From Utricularia gibba (lineage: Eukaryota > Plantae > Magnoliophyta): a stretch of DNA of 28,630 nucleotides. Positions 22,831 to 28,630 of this stretch are shown piece by piece. The translations under genes and the position numbers were made by a program. A model generated the notes under the pieces. That model was given only the letters and a program-made list of their open reading frames with translations. It had not been told where the DNA came from and did no database searches. How positions within the stretch are numbered: the first letter of the stretch is position 1; every line of letters begins with the position of its first letter. The DNA is taken from assembly GCA_002189035.1 (NCBI GenBank), contig NEEC01000135.1, positions 1-28,630 on the forward strand. The letters are read 5' to 3'.

Positions 22831-25800
22831 ATGGCTCAACAGTCATCTCGGCTTCATCGCCTCTTGACGTTGTTGGACAGTATCCTTGATATCATTTTGT
22901 TGCCTTCAATTTGGACTGCTACTATGCTGTAAATTCACATTAAATAGCAAGTATTTTTATTTATGAAATAGCAACAGAAAAGCCAAGTTTGTCTATTTCA
23001 ATGGAAAAAATATTTGTGCTCAAAATTGGTTTCGTATCTTGGATTCTTATCGACTGTTAATGTGGTTATTTTGTCTCTTTAACAACCTCTAAGCGGGATC
23101 CACCCAAGCAACACGGTTCTCTGCAGCGAAGCAGATCGGGGAAATTGCGAAATCGCATCCCAGGACCTGAGTGCGGTTTTAAGCAAGGTGAGTTCTGATT
23201 GTTCTGTGTACTTTTCAGTTGATGTTGAGCCCCCAGGAGGTGCTTTTAAGTGAAGCAAATTCGGGAGTAGATTAAGGATGAATGGTGACCTAAGTAGACG
23301 GAAAAACCCAAAGTCATACAATGTGGGTTGTGAGTTCCATGCAAGTTTAAATATTCTAATTTAGCCAATATCATACAACAGGTGGAGACTGGGGAGATCC
23401 TGGTAGATACTATTTATCAGAGTTGTTATCAGAGTAAAACCACGTTGTTGTAATTAGTGGTATGCCAAAGCTTAGTGAGAACTCCGGGGAAGAACCAAAA
23501 CCTCATGGAATGTTAAGTTCCTTGATTAGGCGTGGGGTACATGAATGTTTAAGTAAGATGATGGCACTAACCTTGTAGAAGTTGTTCTTGTCATGAGTGA
23601 GCGTAACTGATTCCATTAGAATTCCCAAATTAAACGTGTTTGAATCAAAATAGATTAGATATTGTTGGCTATCATAGAAGTTTCTGCACAGAAAAAATGT
23701 AAAAGATGCGATGTGGGTTGTGATCTTCATGTAGGCTGACTGGAAAAAATGGATAATATTGGGTACGGGGTGGACCATCAATGGCTTTCCCACCTCCAAT
23801 CACTGATGGAGGCTGAACTTTAATTTTTCCGAATTAACACTTCTGCCAAGCAGACTAATCTCTAATTGGGATGTTCATGCTCCGTCCATCTCTTTCTCCA
23901 GCTGATTCAGTTTTTGCACCATTTATTGTCGCTTCTCTATTCAGGTCCATATATTAATGGACATGTGACTGCTTTTCTATCACTTATTTTTTCTGGAATG
24001 ATGCAGGTATCACATTGTCTACATAGTAAAAAGTGGGATACTAGGGTAGCTGCTGCACATGCTGTGGGAGCTATTGCAGAGAACGTGAAACACATTTCTT
24101 TGTCTGATCTTTCTAGCCATATTGAAGCAAAGATGATTGAAGTTGGAATATCTTCCTCCTTCCACGATGCAGTGATTTTGCCTGCCTGCAATGCTAAAAT
24201 TAGATCAGAAACGATTTTTAGAAGGTCTCTTCTTCTTTTATTTGTTATTCAGCTTCATATCTTTGACTTCTTCTAACAGAAGCTCGCAACTTGCAGTTTT
24301 GATCTAAACAAGGTTCTGGATTTTGGGGCTTTGGTGGCATCTGGGGGTCAGGTACTTTACAATCAGTTTAAGCTTTATGTATCTAGAGCTTGCCATAATT
24401 ATTATCTTAGCATGAAAATATACATGATGGTTTGTTGAAATTTAGGATTTTATGTGTTGAATATTGAAATTTTTATGCGCTTATGTTTTTTTTTGTCCAC
24501 TCCAATGAAGTATATAAATTTTGATGTTCTTTATGTTTGATTCTGATATTCTGACATTGATGATCTCGTGAGTATATTTCAGGAGTATGATATTGCCACT
24601 GACAACATTAAAAATCCAAAGGAGCGATTGGCTAGACAAAAGCACAATCTTAAGCGCCGATTGGGTCAGTACCCTTTATACAACTTTTGTTATTAGACAT
24701 GAAGATTCTTCCTGTTTATTATTTTTTTTTTTTGGCATTACGTGAACTTTGCAGTCTACCTGTTCCCCTGAATATATTGTCGAAAGTTATGATGCAGCTA
24801 TTATGCAGCGTAGGAATGAGTTTATGGTTCCATATGATGTTTTTTTTGTGATTCCTATGGTTTTTCTAACTTGTTTGAATAATCTTTTTTGCAGGTTTAG
24901 ACATGTGCGAGCAGTTCATGGATGTTGATGATGTGATAAGAGATGAGGATCTCATATTGCAGAAAGATAGTCATAATGCGGTTGGAGGAATACAATACTT
25001 CTCATCACATCCCTCACATAATTTCCGGCAGCTTGTTACAAACATGGTGCCAACATCAAGATCTCGTAGGCCAAGTGCCAGGGAACTGAATCTCTTGAAG
25101 CGGAAAGCTAAGAATAACTTAAAAGATCAATCAAAGGGATGGCCAAAGGATGGGGATGCTGAGGTTGCAACATCTCATGATATGGTATCACCTAGGAGTA
25201 TATCTGTAGACTTATCTAGTTCAAATAAGGTAATGCTCATGCTTTTTCTGATTGTTCTTTCATTGTGCATGGCAATATCTCATATCCAGGGGTTGATTGT
25301 TTGGTTTCATCATAGCATATTCCAACTGGCTTGTGCCTGTTGTCTGCAAATCATCAATGGATCATCAAAGATGTATCCTGTGAACTCTATGTGAAACTTG
25401 TACAAGGTCTCTGTAAACTACCTTTTTTTGTTTGCTGCAGCAACTAGCAGATGCTGTTTCTGATGATGAGAGCATTGAGAGTGATGGAGATGGCAGTTGG
25501 CCTTTTCGCAACTTTGTTGAACAACTGCTTGTTGACATGTTTGACCCTGGTATAATTTCTTTATTCTCCATCTACTTTTTTGTACTTCTTACAAATGCGG
25601 AGTATACCATTTGCTTGTTTCCTCTCAGTTTGGGAAGTTCGCCATGGCAGTGTGATGGCACTCAGGGAGATATTAACCTATCAAGGAGCTTTTGCTGGAG
25701 TTGTTATGCCTGAAATGAGATGCCCTGGTGGACTGGCCCCTAAGAAAGAAAGTGTTAATGATAAATGTGAGATGGAAATTGACTTAAATATTCAAGTTTT

Positions 25801-28630
25801 ACATGATGATGTAGAACGTGATTTTAAAAGGCCAAAAATTGAAGATGAAACTTCTAGAGTTGGCAGCTCAATATGTGGAATCCTTTCTGGTGGTATTAAG
25901 GCAGAAGATGATGGAGGACAATGTTCGTCTGAGAAAGTTGACGGACTTGTTTGTAGTGTAGAGGAATCACTCTTGAGCAACAACACAAGAGGTGTAAATC
26001 ATTATTCTGAATGCAAAGGATCTTCAGAGAGTATTGGTGCATTGAAAAATATTCCTGTAAATTCAGAGATAATTAGCCTCATTCAAGATGCCAGGAGGTC
26101 TTGGCTGAGGAATTGTGATTTCCTCCAAGACTGTGCAATTCGAATCTTTGTGCCTCTTGTCACTTGATAGGTATATCTTCGAATAGTTTTTGAATGGAAA
26201 TGTTATAGAGATAGGGCATGGTTCCAAAGAGGTGGCTTTGAGATACAAGAGACTAGTCGATTTCCATCATGCTCACAACATTTTCATTCTCCATATCTTT
26301 TTGTTGTATTCAGAAGATCTAGCTCATGGATTTATCATTTCTCAGGTTTGGGGATTATGTTTCAGATCAGGTTGTTGCACCAGTAAGGGAAACATGTGCC
26401 CAAGCCTTAGGTGCAGTTTTGAAATACATGCATCCGACTATGGTTCATGGTACATTGACCATTTTATTGCAAATGCAGGTAAAGATAGAATAATGCTTTG
26501 ATTGCAATGCGCGTATGTGCATACTTTATTCCACAAGCAATTTTCTAATTATTTCTTGGTCGCTTGCAGCATAGGGCAGAATGGGAAATTCGCCATGGAA
26601 GCCTTTTGGGTATTAAATATCTGGTTGCTGTTAGACAGGCATGTCCAGTTACAGAAGCAATTTTTTATGATGAATGATATGTATTTTCTTACTGTGCACA
26701 ATTTGGTATCCATGTCTTTGTTTACAGGAGATGCTTAATGACTTGCTTATTTCTGTGCTCCCGGCTTGCAAAACTGGGCTTGAAGATCCTGATGATGATG
26801 TGAGAGCAGTTGCCGCTGAAGCTTTGATACCTACAGCTGCTGCTCTTGTTTCACTGAATGGACCGATTTTGCAATCTATCATTATATTGCTGTGGGACAT
26901 CTTGCTTGACCTTGATGATTTGAGCCCATCGACCAGCAGGTTCTTAATTGTTTATGAAATGAGAAAGATATCTAACATGAAGATAATCAAATGCTCTCAG
27001 TTTGGACGTGTGTTTGCATTTTATAATGATTCATGTAACAATGTTGCAGTGTGATGAATCTCTTAGCTGAAATCTATTCCCAGGAGCAAATGTTCCAGGT
27101 CGAGAAAGTCAACCTGGAACATAATGAAGTTCATCATATGGATGAGGATGAAATTGAAGGCAGAAAAAACTCTCTTGATGACCCTTATATGCTATCAACT
27201 TTAGCACCAAGGTTGTGGCCATTTATGAGACACAGTATCACTTCAGTTAGATTGTCGGCTATACGTACCCTGGTATTGCAACTGCACATAATTTACTATA
27301 ATTGAATGGAAACCGAACTGCACCTTTTAGTTTAGAAGTTGCTCTTATCTTTCTTTTGTTTTCGTTCTTTTACTTTTAAACTTCATTGATTCTTTTCTTT
27401 TTGTGAACATGTTATATTATAACTATGGGTAACTAATATGCAGGAACGTTTGCTTGAAGCTGGATACAGGAGGCGAGTTATAGATGGTTCTACATCATTT
27501 TGGCCTTCTTTCATATTTGGTGACACTCTAAGGATTGTCTTCCAGAATTTGCTCCTTGAGTCAAATGAGGAGATTCTGCAGTGCTCGGAGAGGGTTTGGA
27601 ATCTCCTAGTCCAAGTATGTGATTTGTTGGATGTTCTTGAAATTGCTCCAAAGTTCATTTTGCTTGGTATTTTTTATCACCCATTGGAAAATTTGTCCAC
27701 TTTCTGCTCCAAACTAGGTTTCTGGAGCTGTTTCTTCACCCTCATACACTTTGAAATATTTAACCTGGCGTCAAGTGATGCAATGCCTAAAATGTTCATA
27801 TTTTTCTGGATTTGTGCTGAAGTTTTATTTTAAATTTTCAGTGCAAGGTAGAAGACTTAGAAAGTGCGGCACAGTTATATTTCCCTTTATGGATTGAGCT
27901 TGCCACTACCCCTTTTGGTTCTCAACTGAATACAGCAAAAATGTTTTGGCCTGTTTCCTTGCCACGTAAAAGTCATTTCAAAGCTGCTGCTAAAATGAGG
28001 GCAGCCTGTCTTGAAGGTGAAAATTACCATTCAAGGACCTTTGACGCTAATGAGGGTGCCACTGCAGATCAAAATGGAGAGTTGTCTGCGAATTCCTCCA
28101 GAATTGTAGTTGGGGCTGACTTGGACATTTCAGTAACTTATACAAGAGTTATTACATCCTCAGCTCTTGGGGTGATGGCTTCCAAGTTAAGTAGTACAGC
28201 TGTGAATTATGTAGTTGATCCACTATGGACGCGACTCAATTCTTCCTCAGGAGTTCAGCGACAGGTGAGGTTTGAGTGAGAATGTCATTCAATGCGTATG
28301 CTTTTATCTAGCATCGTAGATTGGGAAGTTGGACTAATTCCATTTATTGCTCATGTCAGGTTGTTGCATTGGTGCTCATATCTTGGTTTAAACAATTTAA
28401 GTGCTCGTCAAGATCTGATGAATCGATTGCTAAAATTTCAAGCAGTTTTAGACAATGTTTGCTGGATTTGCTCACATGCAGCAACCCGGCTTTTCCTACA
28501 AAAGATTCACCTCTACCCTATTCTGAACTTACGAGAACCTATAGTAAGATGAGGAATGAGGCCAGCCAATTGTACACTTCTACCGAGAGATCTGGCATGT
28601 ACAATGAGTTATTGTCATCCCTCAAAATAA
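22831..28630 (+). CDS. BTAF1: TATA-binding protein-associated factor BTAF1/MOT1 (SNF2 ATPase), 5' part only (HEAT-repeat region); two apparent frameshifts
   Basis: Exons: 22831-22879, 23094-23187, 24007-24224, 24297-24351, 24583-24664, 24895-25229, 25441-25549, 25629-26170, 26346-26478, 26570-26638, 26728-26939, 27050-27272, 27444-27614, 27842-28264, 28360-end. [125 protein letters not shown]. Confidence 0.96.
22880..23093 (+). other. U12-type GT-AG first coding intron of BTAF1
   Basis: 5' site GTATCCTTG; branch point TCTCTTTAAC at 23074-23083, 10 nt before AAG; no polypyrimidine tract between them; join gives LLDTGSTQ. Confidence 0.87.
26639..26727 (+). other. GC-AG intron (BTAF1)
   Basis: CAG|GCATGT donor and TTTACAG|GAG acceptor restore [14 protein letters not shown]. 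Confidence 0.85.

Noticed and set aside
23550-23615. C/D-box snoRNA-like stretch in BTAF1 intron 2 (ATGATGG...CTGA)
   Set aside because: Imperfect C box, no terminal stem and no recognisable guide sequence.
1109-28630. Calling the frameshifted genes pseudogenes
   Set aside because: Catalytic motifs, splice sites and remaining frames are intact, and all lesions are single-base homopolymer indels typical of assembly error.

Overview
Gene-dense plant (eudicot-like) nuclear DNA with nine protein-coding genes in 28.6 kb, rebuilt by hand from splice sites and protein motifs. In order: ABC1/UbiB atypical kinase fused to a beta-lactamase-family domain (+), TAF10 (+), alpha/beta hydrolase (-), patatin-like phospholipase (+), class III peroxidase (+), TMX2-like membrane thioredoxin (+), UBP20/21-like ubiquitin protease (+), DUF599 protein (+), and the 5' part of BTAF1/MOT1 (+, runs off the window). 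Introns and spacers are very short. Notable features: six single-base frameshifts in short homopolymers across five otherwise intact genes (most likely assembly error), four GC-AG introns, two clear and one candidate U12 intron among 66 traced introns, and three uORFs before BTAF1. I found no rRNA, tRNA, CRISPR array or intact transposon. I cannot support a wholly new biological system; the best leads are the kinase/serine-hydrolase fusion and the non-canonical splicing density.
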